Shown here: one piece after another, positions 53,577-64,000 of the stretch
Position numbering within the stretch: position 1 is the first letter of the stretch
Layout: every line of letters begins with the position of its first letter
Assembly (NCBI GenBank): GCA_964035575.1
Contig: OZ037835.1
Coordinates: 744,001-808,000, forward strand
Direction of reading: 5' to 3'
Origin: Rhynchopus sp. YZ270_cl-10
Taxonomy: Eukaryota
DNA: 64,000 nt
Notes under the pieces: model-generated
The model's input: only the letters and a program-made list of their open reading frames with translations
What the model was told of the DNA's origin: nothing
Database searches by the model: none
Translations under genes and position numbers: made by a program

Positions 53577-53715
53577 GGACTAGTCAGGAGGAGTCTAGTG
53601 GAACTACTAGTCGTAACAACTAGTGCTAAACTGGTAGTGTTACTGGTGGAACAATACTCGTAAAACACTAGTCATTTGGACCAGTAGCACTACTAGTAGT
53701 CCTCCTGACTAGTCC
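53577..53715. mobile_element. Small MITE-like foldback
   Basis: GGACTAGTCAGGAGGA / TCCTCCTGACTAGTCC inverted repeat with internal ACTAGT motifs; exact ends uncertain. Confidence 0.6.
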
Positions 53716-54971
53716 TGCACTGCGGGTCCTAGCCTAACAATGGGTAACAAGAAAATGGTTGTTGATGCAGGCACCTCCCCACTGACACACAGACTCACAA
53801 TGCAATGCTGTAAGTTGAAGTCCCCTGCAGCAAAAAAAAAAACCGAAAATACTACGGGTGTCAATAGCTATCTTCACCCACACAGGAAAAACGGGAAACG
53901 AAAATAGGGGGAGAGTTTATTGTACGCTTCCAAGTTGACTTGAAATTCAAAGCCCTCTCGTGACAGTGTACCTCAAAAAAAAACAGAGGAACACCCTAAT
54001 GGCATACCGAGAACAACGTGGTACTCCACCAAATTACAAAAATGGGGGCACTGCACACAGTAACTAACAACACAAATGATGAGTAATGCACACCGACAAA
54101 AAAAACCGGTTTTTTTAACAAATGTGTTTTTATCAAAGAAAAGGTACAAAGGACGTTCACAGTACACCCAATATTTCTTTGTGGCAAATAGATAAATAAC
54201 AGAGAGTACGATGCTGTGCTTCAGATGCACTCACACAAGTACCTCTTTTATCGTTGTCGCAGGAACACGTTTGTGTTTGAAAAACGTGATAAATAAATCC
54301 TTCGTGCACTTTTTCGCAACAAAGAAATGCATGTGATCATGTGGTCAGAGGGATTGGGGAGAAAGGGAGGGGGGGGGTAACTATTTTTTTTTGAAATTTT
54401 CATACAAACGTAACAGGGAAAGCTAGATGGGGGGGGTCACTACGAAGAACAGAGAATCCTTATTCAGAATTTAAAAAAAAAAGACAAAAAAAGAACTGGG
54501 GTACAGTGAGTTTTGCGCATTTTTGTGTCTTACGAACGCTGCATCTAGTACTGCCCCCTCATTAAGCCGCCTCTAGAATTGCAATACAGGGGGGTGCCTA
54601 AATTAGGGGTGAGTATGTAATAAAACGCGAATGCGCGACTCACTGTAAAATTTATTTTCTTAGCATACACCGGGTGAACATTGTTCCTTCAAAACTACAC
54701 ACACAACGCTTTTTGGTTTTTTTTTGGGAGACACACAAGGTGCCAGGTTTTATGATTTGCACGGAACCATCCTGTACCTGTTTGTCATTTTGTTTCTCGT
54801 GCAATACATGGGGAAACGTTTCGCAGTCGAAACTAGGGCCTTTAAAGCCTTTGAAATATCCCAAAAACCATCATTTTTTCGGTTTTTTAACCTTTTTTTG
54901 GTTCTCGGATGTCGACGCTTGATCGTCGGAAACGTTGATTTCATTACTTTTGTTGTCGAAATCCTCAAAAG

Positions 54972-55715
54972 CAGGGGAGGAGCTTGGGGGTTAAATCGGG
55001 TCAGATTGACCCGATTTCCTTAGGCCCCATAGAAAAAAACGGGTCAAGGCAAAAAAAAAAAAAAAAAAAAAAACTATAGATTTTTGAGGGAAAAAATCAA
55101 AAAAATAGGGTACTCTACTTGTCGCATGAGGGGGTCTGAGAAGGATGAGGAACTGCTATGTGACCCCATCGCGACGAGCACGAAGCTCAAAGAAGCGAAT
55201 AATACGTGCGCTCCACCCCGATCAAACCCGAACCCAAGCGGGATGCCGAACTCGACCTAGCCGTTAGGTCCCACCTTTGGGCAAAATATCATGGGATTGC
55301 AACAGACGGGTGCAACCTTATATCAACTCGCTGGTGACACACCAAAGAGGGGCTCAGACAGTGACAAGTGTTGCCGGGGATACGGAACGCCCTCCGACGT
55401 TTGCTCGAAGGGGACACCTGCCCAGAGAGAGTACCTGAACTGGCGAGTGCCTACACACAATTCCACACCTCCATTGCGCAACCCTACCTTGATGACATCA
55501 TCGCCAGTGTCAAGGGCAACATGCATTCCGCGGGGGTGATGCAACACTTGTGTATCATCAACGTGTACTATTTTGTGAAACGCGCCTTCTCATTCTACAT
55601 GTGATTGTCTTCACAAGAGCTTTTCCGCCTTCGGCGGAAAAGCTCGGGACCTGACCCGATTTAACAGAATTTGACCCGATTTTGCCCCAAACCCATATTC
55701 CAAGCTCCTGCCCTG
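54972..55715. mobile_element. Non-autonomous hAT-like element
   Basis: TIR CAGGGGAGGAGCTTGG / CCAAGCTCCTGCCCTG; 8-bp TSD CTCAAAAG; subterminal TGACCCGATTT repeats at both ends. Confidence 0.88.
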
Positions 55716-56294
55716 CTCAAAAGAGCAACTTTAAAAAAAAAATGGCAACTAGTTTGCCTCGTGCACGATACCGTGATGGAGTTCAACTCTTAATTTCAAA
55801 AGAATTCTGAAAAAAAAAATGATTAGTTGGTGTAGTGTTGCTTACGCACACTGCTTTTGTGAGCGGAAAGTGTCACGTCGTTCACTCACCCCCAACCGTG
55901 CTCCGCAACACCACCACTGTGCCAACGCATCAAACAATTACAAGAAAAGGGGTGAGAGGAGCGGCAAGTGACACTTATTGACAAATCCTTAATGACAGGA
56001 ATCGTGCACAGGCAAGCACACGCGCAACACGCACAACAATGCTATTCGTGAAATACAAGCGGTACTAAAGATATTCCATCCCAGGAAAGCACTTTGGAAA
56101 ACCCGAATTTAAAAATGCAAACAAAACAACAGAATTTTTTCTTCTTCTCAAAAAGAAAAAGGACTTAACAAGACGAACTGAAATAAACTCATTTGAAAAC
56201 CACCAACACGAACCCCTATAACTTCACTACAAAAAAAAACTGCATTTTTTTCTCTTTTTCTTTCCTTTTTTACTTATCCATCTCCCCCATTTCA

Positions 56295-57119
56295 TCAATT
56301 CCCCCCTAACGGTGGGAGTGCCGTGTGCATGCTTGGCTCTGACCTCCTGCGCTTCACATGCGCATCAGATGGTCCTCCGAGGATGTTCTTCCCATCCCCC
56401 TGCACTTCTCTCACATTAAAGGCCCTACGACCATGCTTGACACGCGCCGGGATTGGGTCCAGCTCTTTGCCCCCCCCTCTTCCCCTCACAGCCTTCCCCG
56501 TTGGGGACGCCGTTGCGCCACCTTGATCGCCCATCCAGGTAATAATGTTCTGTTGCCCTGCGCCCTTTGCCTTCACCCCGGCGGGTTCGTCCATAACGGC
56601 TACATCTTTGGTTCTGATTGGCTGCCCTATTTTAACTAAGACTGCAGAACCCGATTTTGCAATACTCCTGCGTGAAGCAGTAGGGGACGGTGCAGCTGGG
56701 GTGGCAAGGTCCGAGGGGGAAGCTGCAGTTGGGGTCTGATCGGAGGTTGGGCTGAGCGTTGCATATGCAAGACCTGCAGACGCAGTAGGGGAGGCACGGC
56801 CAAAGAGGTTGTCGGTGCTGTCCTCCGCCTTTTTGCCGTGGCGTTTGTAGCTGCGGAGTACTTCTGCGGAGGCTTCCGCAGTTTCTGCGGACCTCTGGTT
56901 CTTTGGTACAATGGGTGCAGCAGGCTCGCGTGCGCCTCCAAAGCTGATCTGGCTGCGGTTCCTCGCGCCACGCTCGACCTTCGACACTGCAACCTCGCCG
57001 TCGGCACCCCAGGAGCGGAACTGCGCTTCGTTACTGGTGCGGAATTGTCCCTCCGTGGCGTGGTCGCCAAAGATCTGAACGCGTTCTCCCTGGGCGAGGG
57101 CTTGGATTCTGCGGGCCAT
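56295..57119 (-). CDS. Hypothetical basic, low-complexity protein (274 aa)
   Basis: ATG start, GC-rich ORF on the gene-bearing strand between AT-rich flanks; no recognised domain. Confidence 0.65.
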   Translation of the reverse strand: MARRIQALAQGERVQIFGDHATEGQFRTSNEAQFRSWGADGEVAVSKVERGARNRSQISFGGAREPAAPIVPKNQRSAETAEASAEVLRSYKRHGKKAEDSTDNLFGRASPTASAGLAYATLSPTSDQTPTAASPSDLATPAAPSPTASRRSIAKSGSAVLVKIGQPIRTKDVAVMDEPAGVKAKGAGQQNIITWMGDQGGATASPTGKAVRGRGGGKELDPIPARVKHGRRAFNVREVQGDGKNILGGPSDAHVKRRRSEPSMHTALPPLGGN

Positions 57120-57506
57120 TTAGGGGGAAAGTGGTGGGAGGTGGGGGAGAGAAGGGAGATGTGTGTAAAGTCTTGGTTGTGAAGGGAAGGGGGTGGAGGG
57201 TGGGATTGCGGGCTGGTTTGTTCGGGGGATGCGTTGCTCATGGGGGGTTAAGGGAAAATGGTGCCGCATATTCCATGAGGGTCGTTTCAGGGTGGTGTAG
57301 TTTGTCTGCTTAGTGATCTCTAGTGACTTTTATGCCTCAGAGGCAAAAAGGCTTCGTAGGGAAAAGTGAGGTACCTACATGTAGTTAATTCCTTCTCCGG
57401 ATCGGTTCCTAGGGAATCCATCAGTGAAGAGGGGTAACCACCCCACGCTGGCTCAGTACCATGGAGTCCAGGGAGTCCATTTGGAGGTTGGTTGGAATTA
57501 CCCAAA

Positions 57507-57623
57507 CATTTGAGTCTCTCTGTCAGCGTTGTCGCACCCAAGGCACGAAGAGAGCTGCAAATGGCGTCGTCCTTCTGCGACAGTGATTGATTCGTCAGCA
57601 CCACTGTGTCCCCGGCACTCAGT
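57507..57623 (-). pseudogene. Relic fragment of the Ubl-LRR family
   Basis: LSAGDTVVLT...LRALGATTLT-ERL matches LSAGDTVVLT...LHALGETDLTPERL of 48686-50008. Confidence 0.7.
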
Positions 57624-58169
57624 TTGCGTCTTTCAAAATGGCGAGGGTGAGGGGGGGATGAGGTGGTCTTTATGTTTGTAACGTTTGTTTGGTTTTGGTT
57701 CCTTGTCAAAACACAGAGGCTTTTTTTGGACTGGAAACTGCAAAGAAAATAAAAAATCAAAACAAAACAAAAGCGTGCATAACAACAAAATGTTTTGCAT
57801 TCATAAACAACGACGCACGACCATTTGAATGAAAAAAAATGGTCACACCTCACAACACAACCACACGAAGCAAAACTGAAAACAACGCCTTACCTTTTTT
57901 ACACAATCAAAACAAAACAAAACAAAAAAAACAGTTCAAGCACAAAAAACGCCTCACCTTCTTAGAGGTGACGCACAAAATAAAGAAAAGTTTATAAGAT
58001 GAACCTAAGCCTCTCGTGCTTAGTCACATTTAACATTTAAATAAAAGGAGAACATCTTAAACAATAAACAGAAACGTTTTTTTGACCTTTTTTTGATCAC
58101 AAAGACAAATATAACAGCACGCGTATCACAGCTATTTCATCGCCTCTTTTCACATCATCTCCCCCTCAT

Positions 58170-58952
58170 CTAGTTGGTCCATGAGAAGACAGCACCACCG
58201 ACGGAGTCGAGGGTGACGTTCTGTCCACACTGGTGCTGCGTGTACACTGTGTTCTCCCACTTGACGTTGTTGTTGTTGACCTTGACGTTGCTGAAGGTGA
58301 CAGGCCCGCCTGCTGTCGCGTTCGGGTAGAGCGCGCAGCTCTCGTCGGGCATGATGGTCTCGAGGACGAGCATCGCGTAGTGGAAGTGCACGTTGAAGAC
58401 CTTCTCGCTGGTAAGCTGCAGGACAGAGGTATCTCCTGTTCTCCTGATGGTGCACGAGCAGGTCCACATCGAGGTTGTACCGTTGAAACCCATCCAAGAG
58501 TCGATCATGTCTCCCGGGCGGACGTCCTTAATCAGCGGGCCGGTGTGCGAGACGAATGCATTCCCGTCGACGAACCAGGACTGCAGCTCCCAGGCCTCTC
58601 CGTGCTGGCCGTACTGCAGCACCGGCTGGAGGACCGGAAGCCCCATGACAGGCTCCTTCGATTTGAAGCCGGGCCAGAAGTAGACGACCTGGCCGCCGTG
58701 CTTCTCGGGCAGGTCGGGGACGTTCCAAGAGGTGTTCATCTGGAGCATGACAGAGTTGTCCCCACCGTGGTTCACATTCATTGCGTACGTCTGCACACGC
58801 TTCAGGTTGTCGCTGACGGGCTTGCAAGGACGGAAGGCATCCACGTCGACCACTCCGTTGGCGTGGTTGTGGATGCAGGCCTCATCCATGACATGCCCAC
58901 CAGGGACACGTACAACGCTAGCCAGCGCGGAGGCAACAACTAAGGACAGCAT
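58170..58952 (-). CDS. Secreted protein, possible glutamic peptidase G1 (eqolisin)-like fold (260 aa)
   Basis: Signal peptide MLSLVVASALAS; motifs WNVP, YFWPG, LQPVLQYG, PGD, LVLE; strong C/G third-position bias. Confidence 0.65.
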   Translation of the reverse strand: MLSLVVASALASVVRVPGGHVMDEACIHNHANGVVDVDAFRPCKPVSDNLKRVQTYAMNVNHGGDNSVMLQMNTSWNVPDLPEKHGGQVVYFWPGFKSKEPVMGLPVLQPVLQYGQHGEAWELQSWFVDGNAFVSHTGPLIKDVRPGDMIDSWMGFNGTTSMWTCSCTIRRTGDTSVLQLTSEKVFNVHFHYAMLVLETIMPDESCALYPNATAGGPVTFSNVKVNNNNVKWENTVYTQHQCGQNVTLDSVGGAVFSWTN

Positions 58953-59508
58953 TATGGTATTGTGTGAAGGTTGTCTGATCTAGAGGGGGTTGAGGGGTGA
59001 GGGAGTGGTGGTGTGTGCAGAGGAGGGTGTGGGGGGCGTCGTGCACCGTTCTCTTAATTGGAGTGCAATGTGCTGAGGGTTGGCCGCTGTAAGGTGGGGA
59101 GGGGTTAAGGCCTGCTGGCATTTGAGCAGTTGTCCCTTTTGAAAGCTTTTTGATAAAAATTAATGAAACACAAAAACCAAGCGCGTGTGGAAGAAAAAAG
59201 AAAAGAAAATATTTTTTCTGATTCAAAGTGGTGTTTACGTTTTGGGTACGGGGCGGAGAATAAAATCTGTTCGATAAAAGAAACGCAAGCTTTTTTGTTT
59301 TATCTTGTTCACTCGTATTTTTCTCTTTTTGGACTATTTTATTTTGTTGTGCATTTCGGAAGCGAACAACAAACAACCTTATTTTTTCCTCTTCCCGTTT
59401 TTAGCCTTCTGAGCAACAAAGCAAAGAGTAACGAGTCTCTCGAGTGCAGACAAAACAGCTGTCAGCGGAGCCTCTCTACGTTCCTTGCCCAGCTTCTCCT
59501 GTCGGTCT

Positions 59509-60522
59509 TTAAGAAACACTGCAGCAAGGCAAGCCTGCTTGTGTCGGAGGTGCGTCAACCACATACTTCTTCAGATCACATTCACGCACTCGACTGGACA
59601 CAGCACTGCTGCAGCCAGCAAGGCGGATACTCCTCAACGAAGTGTAGCTGTAATCAGCAAGCTTACCAAATTGCGTAACTCTGCTGAGTGGCGATAGGTC
59701 GAGTTTTGTGAGGCTGCTGCAGAAGGCAAGAAACCAGCCATCAATGTGCGTAACATTGCGAAGTGGTGATAAGTCCACTGCTGTGAGGCTGACGCATGCG
59801 TAAAGAAAGCTTGACCCAAGTTGAGTAACATTGCGAAATGGTGATAAGTCCACTGCTGAGAGGCTCGTGCAGTTGGTAAGAAAGTTTTTACTAATGTGTG
59901 TAACATTGCGTAGTGGAGATAAATCTACTGCTGTGAGGTTGCTGCAGTTTGCAAGAAAGCTTTCACCAATGTGAGTAACATTGCTGCGTGGTGTTAAGTC
60001 TACTGCTGTGAGGCTGACGCAGTTGTAGAGAAAGTGGGTACCAATCCGCGTGAGACGTGTCATCCCAGACAGGTCGACGCTTGTCAACGATGCGCAATTC
60101 TGGAGAAACTGATCGCCAACCTCCATCACACACGACACAGCACTCAGATCAAGTGCTGTTAACGATGTACGCACTAAGAACCTATTGGGGATGACAGTCG
60201 CAACCTCCGCCTGCAGAAGCAAATATGCCACCTCAGGATCCTCCACAGTCGCCAGCCGCTCTGCTGTGATGTCCCTCTCACCCAACGCATGAAGTGCTGC
60301 TCTGGCCTCGAGCTTCTTAGTTTCCGTCAGGATGATTGTGTCTCCAGCACTCAGCTGCGTGATGTCGTCTCCTTCCTCCTTCCCTCCGAAGCCCATGTGG
60401 AAGCTGTCCTCAGCCAACCCCACTGCAGACGCCACCTTCTGCCGCATCGTCTCCGTTGTGTCATCCACACCCACCTCGATCACATACGAGTTGTCTGCAC
60501 AGTCCTTGATAACTACTTCCAT
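59509..60522 (-). CDS. Ubiquitin-like domain + LRR protein, paralog 2 (337 aa)
   Basis: N-terminus homologous to 48686-50008 (GVDDT..MRQKVA..GLAEDSFHMG); 24-aa LRRs LTAVDLSPLRNVTHI; ends CCSVS. Confidence 0.85.
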   Translation of the reverse strand: MEVVIKDCADNSYVIEVGVDDTTETMRQKVASAVGLAEDSFHMGFGGKEEGDDITQLSAGDTIILTETKKLEARAALHALGERDITAERLATVEDPEVAYLLLQAEVATVIPNRFLVRTSLTALDLSAVSCVMEVGDQFLQNCASLTSVDLSGMTRLTRIGTHFLYNCVSLTAVDLTPRSNVTHIGESFLANCSNLTAVDLSPLRNVTHISKNFLTNCTSLSAVDLSPFRNVTQLGSSFLYACVSLTAVDLSPLRNVTHIDGWFLAFCSSLTKLDLSPLSRVTQFGKLADYSYTSLRSIRLAGCSSAVSSRVRECDLKKYVVDAPPTQAGLPCCSVS

Positions 60523-61660
60523 TTTGTCGTCTATTCTTTGTGTTGCTCTGTTGTGTGGTCGGGTTGTGGGAGTTGGGGCTGTAGTGGGTGAACATGGTGA
60601 AAGAAAAACAACAACGGGCTTTTGTTTTGTACTTTATTTTTGTAGGCTTTTTGTTACATTGTTGGAACAGGGCCGCTGAGAGCTGTTCACAAAGCACCAT
60701 GTTTTCCTTTGCATTCGCACACAAAGCTTTGCACTTTTGTCTCCCATGCACCACATTTTAGAAATGGGTGCATGCCACTTTGTAGGTACTTGGAGCTTAT
60801 CCCTGTTGAAAACCACATTGTTATGTTCTTCCTTTTTGCTTCCATTTTTTATTCATTTGCTTTTTTGTTGTTTGGCAGACATGCCCCACATGTCGGTTAT
60901 GTAGAAAAAAACAGCACGGAACCACGCGTGTGCTGACCCTATTCACCCGCAAAACCCCCAGAAAATCGTTTTGGGGGGTTCTGGACACTTCCCTGCACTG
61001 TCGACCTGAAAGCGGAAAACCGGTCTTGAGGGTTTGCATCAGTATTCTTCTTATTTGTGCTTTTCTTCCTTTTGGTTGTTCTTAATATACGCTCAATTGT
61101 CTATTGAGGTTGAAATAGCTGCAAACAGACCCTGAATGACCGTTTTCAGCTCCAAAGAGGCGCATGCACTGTGAGTTCCAAACCAAAGAACAAAAAATCT
61201 TGCAGAATTTTGGGCGAACAGTGCGGGCTTGGATCTCGCCGCTATCCACTCACGACCGTTTCACAAATTATCGTCCCCTGACTCTGCTCTAATACTCTGG
61301 GACTTATGCTCCACGTTGGTAAAAGCGAAAGAGCAATTAGAAGTGGCAGTGTGTGACACTACAAAAAACCAAGTGGTCAAAGCACAAACTAACGTAAACA
61401 TCCACAAAACGAACAGAACACATGTGTGATCGCAACACATCTTGGAAAAGACGTGTGAATATGAACAGACAGCACACTTAGTGCACTGTCAGCGTAACAC
61501 CGCGACAAGCCGCTCTTCTGTCCTCGCACAACGCACCCGCAGTGGCATGAGGGCACCACCGCACGAGGCAGTGTCAACACCATTCGTGCTCGTCACTCAG
61601 ACTGCATTCGTCTTGGAAAAGAGGCAAACACAAAGAGCAAGTTGCTGACGAACAGTGCAC

Positions 61661-61872
61661 TCACTCCTCGATATCACAAAGAATCCGTCTCGCAAGTTCA
61701 GGTTCCACAGCATCAGCATTGCGACAGCCTAATGCACGAGGAACTGTTGGAGCGACACCGATCACTCTCTTCAGCCGCAATTCATCAATCGTCCCGTCTT
61801 CCCCAGTGCAGATGCTCCACACACGTACCGTCTTGTCGCAACCACACATCACTTCGCGTCCATCGGGGCTCA
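61661..61872 (-). pseudogene. 3'-terminal remnant of a fourth ART-NACHT-WD40 gene (copy D), with its downstream flank
   Basis: SPDGREV...[55 protein letters not shown]; flank ~61310-61660 matches the flanks of copies A-C. Confidence 0.88.
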
Positions 61873-61954
61873 GCAATACCCATGCGGCGAGGTTTTGCTC
61901 TCGCGAGTCAGGTGCAAAAACGCTTTTCGTACGTGTGTTTCCACAGGGTTCTAC

Positions 61955-62590
61955 CAGGGTATTAGGGTGGTTAAAAAAACTGGTTTTGAAAACCGGTTTT
62001 TCCAAAAACTGGTTTTCAAAAAAAAACAGAGAAATCTGGAGGGAAAAAAAAACCGACACTTTTCACCAGGCCTTTCTGTAAATGTCGTCCCCAGATTAGG
62101 GCGGACTCGATTTTTTTCCCCGCATTTTTTCCCCGCCTGGTAGAACCGTGGTTGAACCACGGGAGTGCCTTGGAGAAATGGATGTTCCTTGAATTTTTTT
62201 TTGCCTGCGGCGCCATTTTTCATTTTTTGCTCCGCAAAGAAGGGTTCGTTGAGTGGCTCTGTGGTGTAAAAAGCTAGATTTTTACACCGTACCCTCAAAA
62301 ATTTTCGCTTGCGGCGCCATTTTATACAGTACAGTCCCTATGTTCCCAATGTCTACCCTGGGTCAGCAGCGCCGAAATATTTTGAGCAAAAAACAAGCTG
62401 ACCTCCCCAACTTGAAATCTGGATTGAAATCCTGGATAAGACACTGACCCCACCCCCGAAAAACCCAAAAAAGGTGACTGTGTCCGTCCGGTGGAGGTTT
62501 TCGCCGGAAACACTAGTTTTCGCCACCCAGGAGAGAAAACCAGAAAAACCAGTTTTTTCCGGAATTTCGGATTTTTACCCTAATACCCTG
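61955..62590. mobile_element. Non-autonomous TIR element (hAT-like CAGGG ends)
   Basis: 14-bp TIR CAGGGTATTAGGGT / ACCCTAATACCCTG; 7-bp direct repeat GTTCTAC on both sides. Confidence 0.8.
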
Positions 62591-62622
62591 GTTCTACAGG
62601 CACAAGAAATAACAAAGCAACC

Positions 62623-64000
62623 TCAGTGCAGAAGCACAACGTACGGTGCATAAGCCTTCTGCTCCACATAGCCGGCAAGCTCTTCGTACTGTGTGCGTTG
62701 GTCCTGAGCGACGGTGTCCAGCAGAGAAGACGCCTTCTCAAAGTCCTGTTTGATGATGTGCTCGAAGACCTCGTTCCACACTGCGTGCGGGTTGTTTGCG
62801 GCAGACTCCAGCTGGTACATCCACTCCTCGTTTTCGCTGCTGCACAGCCCACGTACGGTAAACACAGTCTGTGCCTTCTCGCTCAGCTTCTCGTACAGCA
62901 TCGCACCAGCACAACGCAGTACCACCTGTCCCTCCGCCTCACGCGAAATGTTCTGGTCAACCACACCAGGGAGGTCACGCTTCTTGTTCCAACGCTCCAG
63001 CACAACCACCCACGACATGGACTGCGAAAGAATCGACATCTTCTTCATCCCGTTGCAGCCCATGTTCCCGACACGTGCCTCGCCTGTCGTGCACCCGTAC
63101 GAGATCTTGTGCACATCCCCAAGTGCTGTTGCCACTTCGTGTGCAGCCTTCACACAGGCAGCACTGTGCGACGGCTTCGGAACAAAGGCGTTGAAGGTGG
63201 CAAGCATCTTGTCCCCTGCGAACGTGTCGCACACACCTTTGTTGTGCTGCACTGCTGACATGATGTGCTCCACAATACCACCGTGTGCGGAGAGCGTGCC
63301 ACGACACGACGTTCATGTGTGCCAGCGACACCTTCTTCTTCTTCATCCCTTCCACACGTAGTAGTGCCTTCTGGTTCTGCATCGCAACAACTGAACTCTG
63401 TGACGTACCTGAAGGGGACATGCCTGACTTCTGCGACTTCATAGTCGAAGAGTCCTCTGTCACGGATGCTTCTTTGTCGCTGTCGTTGACAAGCACACTC
63501 TGCGGCATGTAGTTCCGGTACTCCACCAGGTTCGCCACCATGGTAACAAAGCTGCGCTGCATCATCCCGACTTCACTCAGCTGCGACACTGCACGGCCCG
63601 TGTCCACAGCCTCCAGGTCCATCACAGCCACACTTGCCCATCTCACTCCCAAGCTTCAGCAGAGGGGACGTGATGTAGCGTGTGAACACAACAGCAACGG
63701 TCAGAAGTCCTATGACCGCAAGAGCCGTCACAATCGCCATCACAATCACCGCATCCTCCTTCTGTGCGTCTGCAGAGGACAGATCTGATGCCACCTTCGC
63801 ACGGATTGCATTCGTCGACGCATCAATTGTCTCCATCACAGACACCCTCGGCACAAGAAGGTTCGCGAATAATTTGATCGTTTTGTGTTCAATTTTCGAC
63901 GTGATTGTCCAGTACTCCGTGCCGTTCGAGTCAGACCACTTCAGGAAGGAGTCCTCTATCATCTCCACAAGGTCTCTGTAGTTCTGTGGGTGTGTGAACA
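62623..64000 (-). pseudogene. Frameshifted copy of the receptor cyclase-like gene (runs off the window)
   Basis: Near-identical to 9744-11170, but with a +1 C at ~63638 and a 32-bp deletion at ~63297. Confidence 0.85.

Noticed and set aside
61955..61968. TTAGGG as a telomeric repeat
   Set aside because: A single hexamer within a TIR, not an array.

Overview
Eukaryotic genomic DNA, most likely euglenozoan (diplonemid/kinetoplastid-like). This is an inference from an HSP70 starting [12 protein letters not shown], a euglenozoan-looking LSU rRNA fragment, a receptor-type cyclase-like gene, and all credible intact genes being intronless on the minus strand. The centrepiece is a family of NLR-like (STAND) genes: three full copies (888-5918, 14349-19505, 20624-25915) and a 3' remnant (61661-61872). 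Their architecture is N-myristoylation motif, ankyrin, R-S-ExE ADP-ribosyltransferase, NACHT-type NTPase, pentapeptide repeats and WD40 repeats. The ART/NTPase half is nearly identical between copies, while the WD40 half differs in repeat number and at specific loop positions, resembling fungal HNWD (het-d/het-e) allorecognition receptors. Other genes: a catalytically degenerate receptor cyclase plus a frameshifted copy, a 4339-aa surface protein, an SGNH/PC-esterase-like protein, two ubiquitin-like+LRR proteins plus a relic, an HSP70 lacking EEVD, a secreted G1-peptidase-like protein and a hypothetical protein. Intergenic DNA holds many non-autonomous DNA transposons, several with verifiable TIRs and TSDs. 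Some are nested, one carries a 28S rRNA fragment, and one 3.9-kb element contains microsatellites, a 70-bp inverted repeat and a 406-bp tandem array that includes its own right terminus. All family assignments are from motifs read by eye; no searches were run.
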